A stretch of DNA of 64,000 nucleotides from an uncultured virus (IMG/VR IMGVR_UViG_3300029288_000154) (IMGVR_UViG_3300029288_000154), one strand, 5' to 3'. Positions 1 through 8,303 are shown, numbered from the stretch's first letter. Made by a program: numbers and translations. The notes: generated by a model not told the origin, from the letters alone.

Positions 1-1
1 T

Positions 2-274
2 TTCGATATTTACGGCGGCTGTCAAGTTTTTTCAGACTTTGACGAATGTGTGAAGTTCGCAAAAACATTATCGAAAGATGTTTATATTTGTGGTGGGGCG
101 AGTGTTTACAAACAAGCATTAGAAAAAGATTTTGTTGACGAATTGGTCATTTCTTTCATCAAAAAAGAGTATTTGGGGGATGTGAGGTTTCCAGATTTTG
201 TTTCGATGGGGTGGATGACAAAAGAGGTCATTTACGAAACCGACTCGTTTGTAACAAAAAAATATAGAAAGTAA
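2..274 (+). CDS. folA: Dihydrofolate reductase, 5'-truncated by window edge
   Basis: Frame open from base 2; VYICGGASVYKQAL...DELVISFI...GDVRFP is the DHFR C-terminal half. Confidence 0.85.
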   Translation, partial: FDIYGGCQVFSDFDECVKFAKTLSKDVYICGGASVYKQALEKDFVDELVISFIKKEYLGDVRFPDFVSMGWMTKEVIYETDSFVTKKYRK

Positions 275-277
275 GTT

Positions 278-2107
278 ATGATAACAAAGATTAAGGTTAA
301 AGATAGAAACAATCCAGAAAAAGAAATTGTTCTGGATAGATATTTAATCAACAAAGATTCCGAACCTGTTGCTATTATTTTCGGAAAGTTTTCTCCGTGG
401 ACAGGTGGTGATTTAGAGCATGGTCACGGTCGTCTAATCAAATTGGTAAAACAAAATGGTGTGAATAAATTCTATGTTGTTTCGCCCAAACGTGACGAAA
501 ATGTAACAGGTAAGAATTCACCAAACGTCTTTTCTCCAGAAGCAAGAAAACAAATTATTGAACATTCTTTGAAAAACATTCCAGGATTTCTAGGAGTCAT
601 TCAATCAGATTCTAACAATTTGATGGGTGTGATTAAACATATGATTCATCAAGTAGACCGCCCTATTTTTGTTGTTGGACCTGATAGAGAAAGATTGACA
701 CAAACGAATTTTGTAGATTTCGCCGCGCCCGTATCAAACGAAAAAGACGCTAATTTTGGAAAACCAGAATATTTGATTCTTAAAGGTGAGCGCGAAACAT
801 CTGGAACAAAGGTTAGAGAAAGTTTGGCGAATGATGATTTCGAAACATTTCACAAGTTAACAAATCACTCAGAGCAAATGTTTCGTTTCATGAAGAATCT
901 GATGAATCAAAAAAACGAATCATTCTCAAGTTTCTACACAACAATTTTTGAAGGTGGAAATCTTAGAATCGGAAACAACAAAGCAAACAAAATAGATTTA
1001 GCTTCTAACGAACATGATGATGTTGAAGCTTTGAAGAATAGAATCAAAGATTGTTTAACTTCTTTTGTTTCAAGCTTTCCTAATTCAGATTTTTGGAAAG
1101 AATATGTAAACCTAATTCAGAAAAACGAAATCTTCTCAGGTTCGTCTAAACATTTCTTTGAGAAAACGGTTGCTGAATTTTCAAAAGTCAAGAAGCTTGT
1201 TGGTGACATCGATGTTCAGTTTCCTATTGATTATGAAGAAGATTTGGATAAGTTTATCAAATCCAATGTCGGAAGACAATTTGGTGATATGATTCTCTTA
1301 GGTCAAGGTGGAAAGTCTCCAATTCAAATTAACACTCTATTTACAGACAATCTAACGGGACTAAATATTCAGATTGATTTTGAACCAACCGATTTTCATG
1401 ACAAGATTCCGTCGGAGTTTTCTAAATTCTCTAGGTCTTCTGATTGGTCTGACCTGAAAGAAAACATCAAAGGAGTATTTCATAAATATCTTCTTAGAGC
1501 GTTGGTTGGTTCTACAAAAATAAATAACATCTTTGTAGTTACATCTTATAATAAACTGGCTGAAAAATGGAGAGTTTCTAAAAAAGATTACGAAGGAACA
1601 AATCTCCAAGGATTCTCAGTTGACAAAGGTGTAAGAGTAAAATACGAACGAGCAAAAAACAAAGAAGGGAAAGAATTCTTTGTTGATAGAGATGGGAATG
1701 AATTTTTAACACAAGAAGCGGGAACGAAACCTGCTTATGTGGAAACTGATACAAAAACATATGACTACATTAAAAACGTTGGTGAAATAGCTACAATTTG
1801 TTTTGGAAGACAATTAGACAAAAATGAGCTATCGTTGTTCGCTTCGTTCGTTGGATGTCTAAAACTAATTGAAAAATATGTTGAGAATAAAGAAGATGCG
1901 TTTTCTGGATTTTTTGAATTGCTGTTTGGAAAATCGGCACAAGAAATTGAACAGGGTGAATTTGTTGGAGGAATTAACAACACAGATTTTGATGTAAAAT
2001 TTGCGGCATATTCAAAGATGAGAAATGTTAGTGATATGAATCAGCTTCCTGGAAACGAAATAGAAAGAATTAGAGAATATTACGAAGAATTAAAAAGAAA
2101 GAAGTAA
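278..2107 (+). CDS. Fusion of cytidylyltransferase-like (HIGH superfamily) domain and pol-beta-type nucleotidyltransferase-like domain
   Basis: FGKFSPW...HGH, VVGPDR, SGTKVR in N-terminal part; after FEGGN the motifs SGSS...GDIDV and IQIDF. Confidence 0.7.
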   Translation: MITKIKVKDRNNPEKEIVLDRYLINKDSEPVAIIFGKFSPWTGGDLEHGHGRLIKLVKQNGVNKFYVVSPKRDENVTGKNSPNVFSPEARKQIIEHSLKNIPGFLGVIQSDSNNLMGVIKHMIHQVDRPIFVVGPDRERLTQTNFVDFAAPVSNEKDANFGKPEYLILKGERETSGTKVRESLANDDFETFHKLTNHSEQMFRFMKNLMNQKNESFSSFYTTIFEGGNLRIGNNKANKIDLASNEHDDVEALKNRIKDCLTSFVSSFPNSDFWKEYVNLIQKNEIFSGSSKHFFEKTVAEFSKVKKLVGDIDVQFPIDYEEDLDKFIKSNVGRQFGDMILLGQGGKSPIQINTLFTDNLTGLNIQIDFEPTDFHDKIPSEFSKFSRSSDWSDLKENIKGVFHKYLLRALVGSTKINNIFVVTSYNKLAEKWRVSKKDYEGTNLQGFSVDKGVRVKYERAKNKEGKEFFVDRDGNEFLTQEAGTKPAYVETDTKTYDYIKNVGEIATICFGRQLDKNELSLFASFVGCLKLIEKYVENKEDAFSGFFELLFGKSAQEIEQGEFVGGINNTDFDVKFAAYSKMRNVSDMNQLPGNEIERIREYYEELKRKK

Positions 2108-2108
2108 C

Positions 2109-2375
2109 TTGAAACTTGAAACAAAACTTCACAAATTCTATACAACTAGTTATAAACTAATGTTTGAACCAGATGTTGATGATTGTGAAACTTTGTTGAG
2201 TTGTATCGCAAGAAATCACGAAAACGATGGAACTCATTGGTTAATTGAACAACTTAAGTTTGATGAAGATGATATTCATATTTACAAACATAATTTGTTT
2301 GGTTATATTTTATCTTTTGGAAAACAACATTATAAGTATTCGCGATTCAAAGCAAAGTTTAAGAATGAAACTTAA
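2109..2375 (+). CDS. Small MKI-family protein
   Basis: TTG start, MKLETKL...YSRFK; clear paralog of 3049..3294 (IHI..H..FGYI.SF.K). Confidence 0.6.
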   Translation: MKLETKLHKFYTTSYKLMFEPDVDDCETLLSCIARNHENDGTHWLIEQLKFDEDDIHIYKHNLFGYILSFGKQHYKYSRFKAKFKNET

Positions 2376-2622
2376 AACATATATTTCGTTTTCTTCCTCG
2401 GCAGCATCTCCACAAGGAACGACATATATTATTTTTGGCGACGTTAGACTACTCATAAACAAAACAATTAGTATTTTATTTAGTTCGGTTTTTATGAAAA
2501 ATCATTCATCATTTATTGTTAAAACTATATCTGTGCTAGATTATGAGAAATTGAGAGTTATTATAAAATATTATAGAAATCTAAAATACGAATATAAAAA
2601 ACTTCAGGAATTTCAACTATGA
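2365..2622 (+). CDS. Small MKI-family protein
   Basis: MKLKTYI...YEKLR; start re-called from 2245 to ATG 2365 overlapping upstream stop. Confidence 0.6.
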   Translation: MKLKTYISFSSSAASPQGTTYIIFGDVRLLINKTISILFSSVFMKNHSSFIVKTISVLDYEKLRVIIKYYRNLKYEYKKLQEFQL

Positions 2623-2789
2623 AAATAACATTATCAATCTCTACATTTTCTGGAAATTCATTTTTAATTTATACCGGAGATGTTAATGATGGAAAACGTG
2701 GACTTGATTTGCTAGATGTTGATTACATTAACGGAGTGGAAGTCTATAGAAAAACAACATCAAATAGATTGAAGAGGTGGGTTTTGTGA
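2619..2789 (+). CDS. Small MKI-family protein (56 aa, below ORF-track cutoff)
   Basis: Hand translation MKITLSISTF...SNRLKRWVL; ATGA overlap upstream, GTGA overlap downstream. Confidence 0.6.
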   Translation: MKITLSISTFSGNSFLIYTGDVNDGKRGLDLLDVDYINGVEVYRKTTSNRLKRWVL

Positions 2790-3052
2790 AAATTGAAACA
2801 AAGATAGATTATTATTCGGAAATTGACTTAGTAAAAGTTAATACTAATTTAATAGCCATTTATAATTATATTGGTCATTATTGTGAAATTTATTTCAAAA
2901 CTACCAAACACGTTGAACATATTTCAAAAAGAACCCCGGATATAAATTACAAAAAACTAAGATTTGTCACAAGAAAACACGCAGAACTTATGATAATAAT
3001 GAACAAATTTGAAGAAATAAAAAAAGAAATGGACGAAATGTCGTTATCATGA
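2786..3052 (+). CDS. Small MKI-family protein
   Basis: GTG start, KIETKI...YKKLRF. Confidence 0.6.
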   Translation: MKIETKIDYYSEIDLVKVNTNLIAIYNYIGHYCEIYFKTTKHVEHISKRTPDINYKKLRFVTRKHAELMIIMNKFEEIKKEMDEMSLS

Positions 3053-3294
3053 AAATTGAAACTAAAATACAAAAATATTATTACTCTAATTTTTACTTCA
3101 AACATGGACTTGGAAGTTTCGCGGATTTAATAGCTAAAAGAGAATGCTATTTAGATTTGACGAAGCATTCGTATTATTTTGATAAAGAGTCGTGCTTAAA
3201 TATAGAAAATCCAAAAATTCACATAATGCGCCACAAAACCTTTGGTTACATAGTTTCATTTGACAAAATTTACCGAACAGAAAGATTTCAATGA
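3049..3294 (+). CDS. Small MKI-family protein
   Basis: MKIETKI; ATGA overlaps at both ends. Confidence 0.6.
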   Translation: MKIETKIQKYYYSNFYFKHGLGSFADLIAKRECYLDLTKHSYYFDKESCLNIENPKIHIMRHKTFGYIVSFDKIYRTERFQ

Positions 3295-4169
3295 GTTTCA
3301 AAGAACAATATATGCCCGCCACAAAAAGAAAATCTATCACACATCTTTATGATGAAAAGAATCCAATGAAACCTTTGGATTTCATTTCTTTTTGTGAAAC
3401 CGTCAAATCAAAAGGCTATATTCTTTCAGACAAAAATTCCAAGTTTTCAGAAAAGATAGATGGTTTTGGTTTTCGTTTTGGAAAAGATTCGCACCAAAAT
3501 TTCTTCATCGAATCTTCTAACTCCGGACCAATCTTTTCTCCGGGGTGTTTCAGAAACTATTCAATTCAAAAACATGGAAGTTCAAATGAAATAACAGAAG
3601 CATACGAACAACTATTTGATATTTTAAGTTCTGATAAAAAATTGAATTTTGTTTTGGATAATTATAAAGATGGAATTAAAGTCATCTGCGAATGCCTGTT
3701 CACTTCTCTTGGGAAAAAGAACAACGTAAAACGAAAATTTGTTTGTATTGAATATGACGAAGACAAACTCGGAACCGTGGCAACATTTTCTATCATAAAA
3801 ATAGAAGATGCTTATGGAAACGAATTGAATTGCGTAGATGAAATTTTGGAATTGAGCAATAATAAAATCAAAATTGTTTCAAGTTATTTCAAAGATTTTC
3901 AAATAGATTTCAAGAAACAAGTTGATGAAGTTTTGAACATTGTTGATACTAAACAAATCTTAACCAATCTAAAAAGAGATGAAGAATCAATAAGACAACG
4001 AAATGAATTGAAAGAACGATTGCTGAAAATACAAAAGCAGATGAAAGATTGTGTTTTGGAAAAGTTTAATGTTGGAATGCTGGGAAATGAATATGAAGGG
4101 TTCGTTTTAACAGTAGATGATTTTGTTGTTAAGTTTGTAACCGAACACTTTACGAATGGTAAGAAATGA
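3291..4169 (+). CDS. RNA-ligase-like covalent nucleotidyltransferase (DUF6267-like phage protein)
   Basis: Motif I SEKIDG, EGFVL (motif IV-like), VKFV (motif V-like), N-terminal ITHL. Confidence 0.65.
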   Translation: MSFKEQYMPATKRKSITHLYDEKNPMKPLDFISFCETVKSKGYILSDKNSKFSEKIDGFGFRFGKDSHQNFFIESSNSGPIFSPGCFRNYSIQKHGSSNEITEAYEQLFDILSSDKKLNFVLDNYKDGIKVICECLFTSLGKKNNVKRKFVCIEYDEDKLGTVATFSIIKIEDAYGNELNCVDEILELSNNKIKIVSSYFKDFQIDFKKQVDEVLNIVDTKQILTNLKRDEESIRQRNELKERLLKIQKQMKDCVLEKFNVGMLGNEYEGFVLTVDDFVVKFVTEHFTNGKK

Positions 4170-4321
4170 AAATAACCGCTAAAATTAAAAAAGATGACGG
4201 GCGGTGGGTTTTTGAAAAAGGATTGTATGTTATCTTTAGTTATTTGTTAGTTTTTGTTCCTGAAATTAAAATATTCAAAACAAATTATTTCCACAAAAGA
4301 ATGATGAAATATGAAAATTAA
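4166..4321 (+). CDS. Small MKI-family protein (51 aa)
   Basis: Hand translation MKITAKIKK...HKRMMKYEN. Confidence 0.55.
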   Translation: MKITAKIKKDDGRWVFEKGLYVIFSYLLVFVPEIKIFKTNYFHKRMMKYEN

Positions 4322-4574
4322 GATGAATCTAATAATGAAATGTGGTGATATTCAATTCATTTCGTCAGTTTCGTTGTTTAATACTTATCTCCATCCAAGA
4401 TTAAGAAAATATGAAAATTAGAGCGAAGATAACCACACAAAACTCTGCCACCTGTCGGCCTGGAAAAATGTATAATTTGTTGTTCATTTTTGGAACATTG
4501 CTAGTAAGTATTCAACAAGAACCACCGTATTTGAAATTTGTTTATAGTAGTAGGATGAACAAATATGAAAATTA
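4307..4574 (+). repeat. Three exact copies of AAATATGAAAATTA at ORF junctions
   Basis: Copies at 4307-4320, 4407-4420 and 4561-4574; each encodes KYEN-stop in one frame and MKI in another. Confidence 0.85.
4311..4421 (+). CDS. Small MKI-family protein (36 aa)
   Basis: MKIKMNLI...HPRLRKYEN. Confidence 0.5.
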   Translation: MKIKMNLIMKCGDIQFISSVSLFNTYLHPRLRKYEN

Positions 4575-4575
4575 A
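4411..4575 (+). CDS. Small MKI-family protein (54 aa)
   Basis: MKIRAKIT...SSRMNKYEN. Confidence 0.55.
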   Translation: MKIRAKITTQNSATCRPGKMYNLLFIFGTLLVSIQQEPPYLKFVYSSRMNKYEN

Positions 4576-4765
4576 AACGGGTGTAAAAGAAGAAGGCGAC
4601 GATGTTTGTTTTTATTTAATCAACATTGACAAGAAATTAAAAACTGGATATATTTGTTCGGATTTCCCGCAAGATTTTCTTATTTTTAGAACAACCATAA
4701 ATTTTTCAAAAAGAAGATTTCAAAAATTGTTTAGAGAGAAGATTCAAGAAGTTTTTATTGACTAA
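4565..4765 (+). CDS. Small MKI-family protein
   Basis: MKIKTGV...KRRFQKL. Confidence 0.55.
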   Translation: MKIKTGVKEEGDDVCFYLINIDKKLKTGYICSDFPQDFLIFRTTINFSKRRFQKLFREKIQEVFID

Positions 4766-4769
4766 ATAT

Positions 4770-4919
4770 ATGAAAATAACAACAAAAATAGTTATGGTAC
4801 CTTGGATAAATATTTATATCATTGGTCCGGTTGTTTTAACATCCGCAAATCATACATTTAGAGCTGGCCCGAAAAGAATGGAAAGGTATTATATTGGAAA
4901 CATACAGAGATTTGAGTGA
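4770..4919 (+). CDS. Small MKI-family protein (49 aa)
   Basis: MKITTKIV...PKRMERY. Confidence 0.55.
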   Translation: MKITTKIVMVPWINIYIIGPVVLTSANHTFRAGPKRMERYYIGNIQRFE

Positions 4920-5424
4920 CAGAATAGTTTGGTGTTTCTCCGATACACATTTCTATCATACAAACGTGATTGGTTTTTGTTCTCGTCCATTTTTAACAAC
5001 AAATGAAATGAATGAAACAATGTTCAACAATTGGAATTCAACAGTGTCAGAAGATGATGTTGTTTTGTTTCTTGGTGATTTTGTTGTTGGTTCTGGAAAG
5101 TTTGGAATTGAAAAAGGAGAAGCTTCAAAAATCATTTATGACAATTTGAATGGTGAGAAAATATTCATAAGAGGAAATCATGACAAGGGAGTAACAACCA
5201 TTCCATATCATGAAGACCCAACAATGAAAATTTCTTACAAAGGACATTCATTTCTTTTGTCGCATCATCCAATAACTGTGTTTTCCGCAAACTTTCTTTT
5301 GCATGGTCATATACACAACTCGCAACATGAAATAAGAAATTGTAAAAGAGCGTTTAATTGCGGTGTTGAAGACCTTAATTACAAACCAATAAATTTAGAT
5401 GATGTAATAGAAAAATTGAAATAA
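4894..5424 (+). CDS. Calcineurin-like metallophosphoesterase (true start may be TTG 4912)
   Basis: SDTHFYH, LGDF, RGNHD, SHHP, HGHIH motifs. Confidence 0.9.
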   Translation: METYRDLSDRIVWCFSDTHFYHTNVIGFCSRPFLTTNEMNETMFNNWNSTVSEDDVVLFLGDFVVGSGKFGIEKGEASKIIYDNLNGEKIFIRGNHDKGVTTIPYHEDPTMKISYKGHSFLLSHHPITVFSANFLLHGHIHNSQHEIRNCKRAFNCGVEDLNYKPINLDDVIEKLK

Positions 5425-5444
5425 CAATTAAAACAAGGTAAAAT
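5416..5444 (+). promoter_or_regulatory. sigma70-type promoter interrupted just downstream by the TnpB element
   Basis: TTGAAA-17 nt-TAAAAT. Confidence 0.6.
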
Positions 5445-5600
5445 AACCGTTTCATCAAATCTACATAACATGTGTTTGCCACAATTTTGTAGATATAATT
5501 TCTTGTTTCATAGACGAGCACTGTTCAATTAAGAACTGCAATCTATCATCTCCACAAGCGTAACTTTCCGTAGAACTTACGGTAGTTGAATTTTCATCCA
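5425..5600 (-). ncRNA. Predicted TnpB omegaRNA (right-end RNA) with flank-derived guide TTATTTTACCTTGTTTTAATTG
   Basis: tnpB 3' end (TVSSTESYACG...SSMKQE) then ATCTACA...TGTAGAT hairpin ending GAAACGG, typical of an IS607-type right end; boundaries approximate. Confidence 0.6.
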
Positions 5601-6762
5601 AATGTTTGTCTATCAACCAGAGGCCAAAGAACTGGAGATTTTTCGTAGCGTTGACATCTCTATCATGTTCTGCTCCACATTTCTTACAAGTCCATTCTCT
5701 GTCGGATAGTTTTAATTCTTTATATTTTGTTCCACAAGATGAACAGAATTTAGATGAAGCATAAAACTGATGAGCTTGAATTAAATGTATTCCAGCCCAC
5801 TCACATTTATACTTCAGTAATTCTTTAATCTTGCCAAATGAAGAATCTAATATAGCTCCTGCGAGTTTATGATTTTTCACCATGTTGTTTGGCTTCAATG
5901 TTTCTATCACAATCATCTTTGGCTTGGTTTTCACCAACGATGTGGTTAATTTGTGAATAGAATCGTTACGAACATCCCCAATTTTCTTATGAACTTTCGC
6001 TAATTTTGTTACGGATTTTCTCCTATTCTTGCTTTCTTTTTGTTTTCGCGAAACTCTTCTCTGATATCTCTTAAGTTTCTTTAGATACTTACGATAAGTT
6101 TTAGGATTCTCAAAAGTCTGACCATCAGAAGTTATGGCTAATTCTTTTATACCTAAATCCACTCCGAGAACATCTTCCTGATGGATTTGGTGAACGGCGG
6201 CTAAGTCCGGGGCATCAATTTCTTCTTTTAGCAGAAATGAAACAAACCATCTATCAGCTTGCCGGAATATGGTTGCTTGTGTTAGTTTAACTCGCCATTC
6301 TAAGATAGGATAACATTTTTCTTTCAGTCTAACTTTACCAAATGTAGGTAATTGAATATGAGTTGGTGATAAATAGACAGAACCGTCAAGACGAAACGAA
6401 TCTTTCGCACCTCGTTTCTTATATTTTGGGTAATTTGATGTTTTTGAAAAGAATCTTTTAAAAGCTTTTTCTAAATTTCTAAGCGCTTCTTGCCCACAGC
6501 ACTTTGAAACGTCGTAAATCCATGGATTGTCTTTCTTAAAACAACACCATTCTTTGTGCCAGTCAATCGCCGAGCCAAGTTTACATTTAGGCTTTTCTAA
6601 ACCCAGTTCTTTAGCATCTTTCTTAGCTATTTCGTATCTTTCAGTAAGTTTGTGAAGCATCCAGTTATAGGCAAATCTTGCTGTTCCTGCACTTTTAACA
6701 CACAAAGCCCGTTGAGTTTTATTCAATTTCAGTTCAAGCCTATAACCTCTATATACTACCAT
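5461..6762 (-). CDS. tnpB: TnpB RNA-guided endonuclease (IS607/IS605 family), RuvC triad intact
   Basis: N-terminal RGYRLELKLN...AGTARFAYNW; RuvC GVDLG, IVIETL, DRDVNA; Zn finger CSSC...CKKC. Confidence 0.95.
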   Translation of the reverse strand: MVVYRGYRLELKLNKTQRALCVKSAGTARFAYNWMLHKLTERYEIAKKDAKELGLEKPKCKLGSAIDWHKEWCCFKKDNPWIYDVSKCCGQEALRNLEKAFKRFFSKTSNYPKYKKRGAKDSFRLDGSVYLSPTHIQLPTFGKVRLKEKCYPILEWRVKLTQATIFRQADRWFVSFLLKEEIDAPDLAAVHQIHQEDVLGVDLGIKELAITSDGQTFENPKTYRKYLKKLKRYQRRVSRKQKESKNRRKSVTKLAKVHKKIGDVRNDSIHKLTTSLVKTKPKMIVIETLKPNNMVKNHKLAGAILDSSFGKIKELLKYKCEWAGIHLIQAHQFYASSKFCSSCGTKYKELKLSDREWTCKKCGAEHDRDVNATKNLQFFGLWLIDKHLDENSTTVSSTESYACGDDRLQFLIEQCSSMKQEIISTKLWQTHVM

Positions 6763-6767
6763 GAAAG

Positions 6768-6773
6768 TATTTA
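6768..6773 (-). promoter_or_regulatory. T4-like late promoter for tnpB
   Basis: Minus strand CATAAATA-CTTTC-ATG; same 5-nt spacing as at 17379, 26389 and 40841. Confidence 0.65.
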
Positions 6774-6895
6774 TGAACCCGACCAGAACTATTAGATGTA
6801 ATTTATATTATGAAAATCGCATATTGTCTTGGTTGTATATAACTTTAACAGATACAACTAAATGTTGCTATTCTTTGATATGTCCCGGTAAAGAC

Positions 6896-6930
6896 AAAAG
6901 GAACAAAAATTAAATTTTTGTTCCTTTTTT
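6896..6930. terminator. Bidirectional intrinsic terminator
   Basis: AAAAGGAACAAAAAT-TAA-ATTTTTGTTCCTTTT perfect inverted repeat with A/T tails. Confidence 0.75.
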
Positions 6931-6988
6931 GTTAATTTTATTTATTCCGCGATAAAATAACCTCTGGAGGATGCACCCTCTGGAGGTT
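6929..6988 (+). promoter_or_regulatory. sigma70-type promoter followed by hairpin containing the Shine-Dalgarno
   Basis: TTGTTA-18-TAAAAT, then AACCTCTGGAGG-ATGCAC-CCTCTGGAGGTT (two GU pairs). Confidence 0.55.
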
Positions 6989-6990
6989 TT

Positions 6991-7164
6991 TTGTTTTTAT
7001 ATCCACCAAAAAGATTTGCTAAACTCAACATCAAACTTTGCGGTGAGTGTGGCTGGTCGTATTCATTAACAAGAATTGCTGGACGACTAGAAATGAAAAT
7101 AAGAAGAACGAATGTTATCTATTCTCCTTACATGCCTCTTTTTGTTCATAAAGTTATTATTTGA
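6991..7164 (+). CDS. Small hypothetical protein (57 aa)
   Basis: GGAGG then TTG; MFLYPPKRFAKLNIKLCGECGW...VHKVII by hand translation. Confidence 0.45.
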   Translation: MFLYPPKRFAKLNIKLCGECGWSYSLTRIAGRLEMKIRRTNVIYSPYMPLFVHKVII

Positions 7165-7175
7165 AAGGAATCAAA

Positions 7176-8303
7176 TTGAAAAAAGGATTAGTTGTAGAAA
7201 AATCAAATGTTAAAGGATTGGGAACTATTTTTTATTATTTCGGCCATTCAGCAACCGCCGAGAATGTTGGAGAACGTGGGGTTTCGCATTTAGCTGAACA
7301 TCTTCTGTGTAAGTCTTTTGACCATTTACTATCAACGATTACAACGTATAGCGTTTCTTATAACGCATTTACATCAGACGACCACGTTTGTTTTTATTGG
7401 TCTGGACTTGATGATAAGTTGACAGAATTAGAACCAGAGTTCAAGAAGTTGTTTAATTTCGTTCCAACTAAAGAACAATTTGAATTAGAAAAGTCAATCA
7501 TCATTCAAGAATATACTGGATGGTTCGCTGGACAATCTGCCATTTACGCAAACATAAATAGAAAATATTACGATTACTACGGACCAATTGGTTGCCGTCA
7601 AGATATTGAATCTATTTCATATGAACATTTTCTTGAATTTTACAAGCGGTTCAGTTCTCCAACAATCATTTACCGAGTTACTGGAAACAAGAAGTCGGAA
7701 ATTAAAGAACTTTACAAAGGAATTAAGTTTTCGAATCCTGTAAAACTAAAGAAAAAGAAAGCATCTAAACTTGTCATTGAAGAAACATCATCTTTTCCTA
7801 ATTCTGTTACTTTAATTGATTGGGTTGATGTTTCTAAATTTGAAAAGCACGAAATTGAGTTTGTTTCTTCTATGTTTTCTAATGGATTGGAATCGCCTCT
7901 TTATAAAGAAATCAGAGAGAACCGTGGATTGGTCTATGGACTAGGAACTTATACGGAAGACTTCGGAGATGTAAACAAATTTGAGTTTGTTGCTCAGTGC
8001 GTTCCTGAAAATGTTGCAGAAGTCAGAAGTGTTGCGAATGAGATTTTGACGAACCCTGAGAAATATTTAACAAGAGAGCGTTTTGAAAGTATCAAGATGT
8101 CAAGTGTTAATAATGAAAAACTAAAAAACATTCAGAACCAAGGAACCGGGTCAATCTTAAACAAAATCATTTATGGTAAAGACTATTTCGAAAAGATTCA
8201 AAACTTGACATTTGAACGAGTGATGGAAGTTGCCAATCTTTTGAAAGTTGAGTTGGAAACAAATGTTAAACACGCTTCTTTAGGCGAAACGCAGGAGATT
8301 TGA
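7176..8303 (+). CDS. M16 (insulinase-family) zinc peptidase
   Basis: GVSHLAEH inverted HxxEH, YNAFT, EKSIIIQE, SPLYKEIRENRGLVY; start moved to TTG after AAAGGA. Confidence 0.9.
   Translation: MKKGLVVEKSNVKGLGTIFYYFGHSATAENVGERGVSHLAEHLLCKSFDHLLSTITTYSVSYNAFTSDDHVCFYWSGLDDKLTELEPEFKKLFNFVPTKEQFELEKSIIIQEYTGWFAGQSAIYANINRKYYDYYGPIGCRQDIESISYEHFLEFYKRFSSPTIIYRVTGNKKSEIKELYKGIKFSNPVKLKKKKASKLVIEETSSFPNSVTLIDWVDVSKFEKHEIEFVSSMFSNGLESPLYKEIRENRGLVYGLGTYTEDFGDVNKFEFVAQCVPENVAEVRSVANEILTNPEKYLTRERFESIKMSSVNNEKLKNIQNQGTGSILNKIIYGKDYFEKIQNLTFERVMEVANLLKVELETNVKHASLGETQEI

Larger units (their letters stand above)
5447..6962 (-). mobile_element. Non-autonomous IS607-like element (tnpB only); left end uncertain (about 6885 or 6960)
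   Basis: Right end ...GAAACGG at 5447; 10-bp direct repeat TAAAATAACC at 5439-5448 and 6953-6962; no tnpA present. Confidence 0.65.

Noticed and set aside
4307..4574. CRISPR-like array from the 14-nt repeats
   Set aside because: Repeat too short and non-palindromic, spacers 86 and 140 nt, each unit is an open reading frame, no cas genes
5461..6762. Nuclease-dead TnpB repressor or Cas12 effector
   Set aside because: All three RuvC acidic residues are present and there is no adjacent repeat array
6775..6960. tnpA transposase or its remnant
   Set aside because: No serine-recombinase or HUH motifs in the short upstream interval
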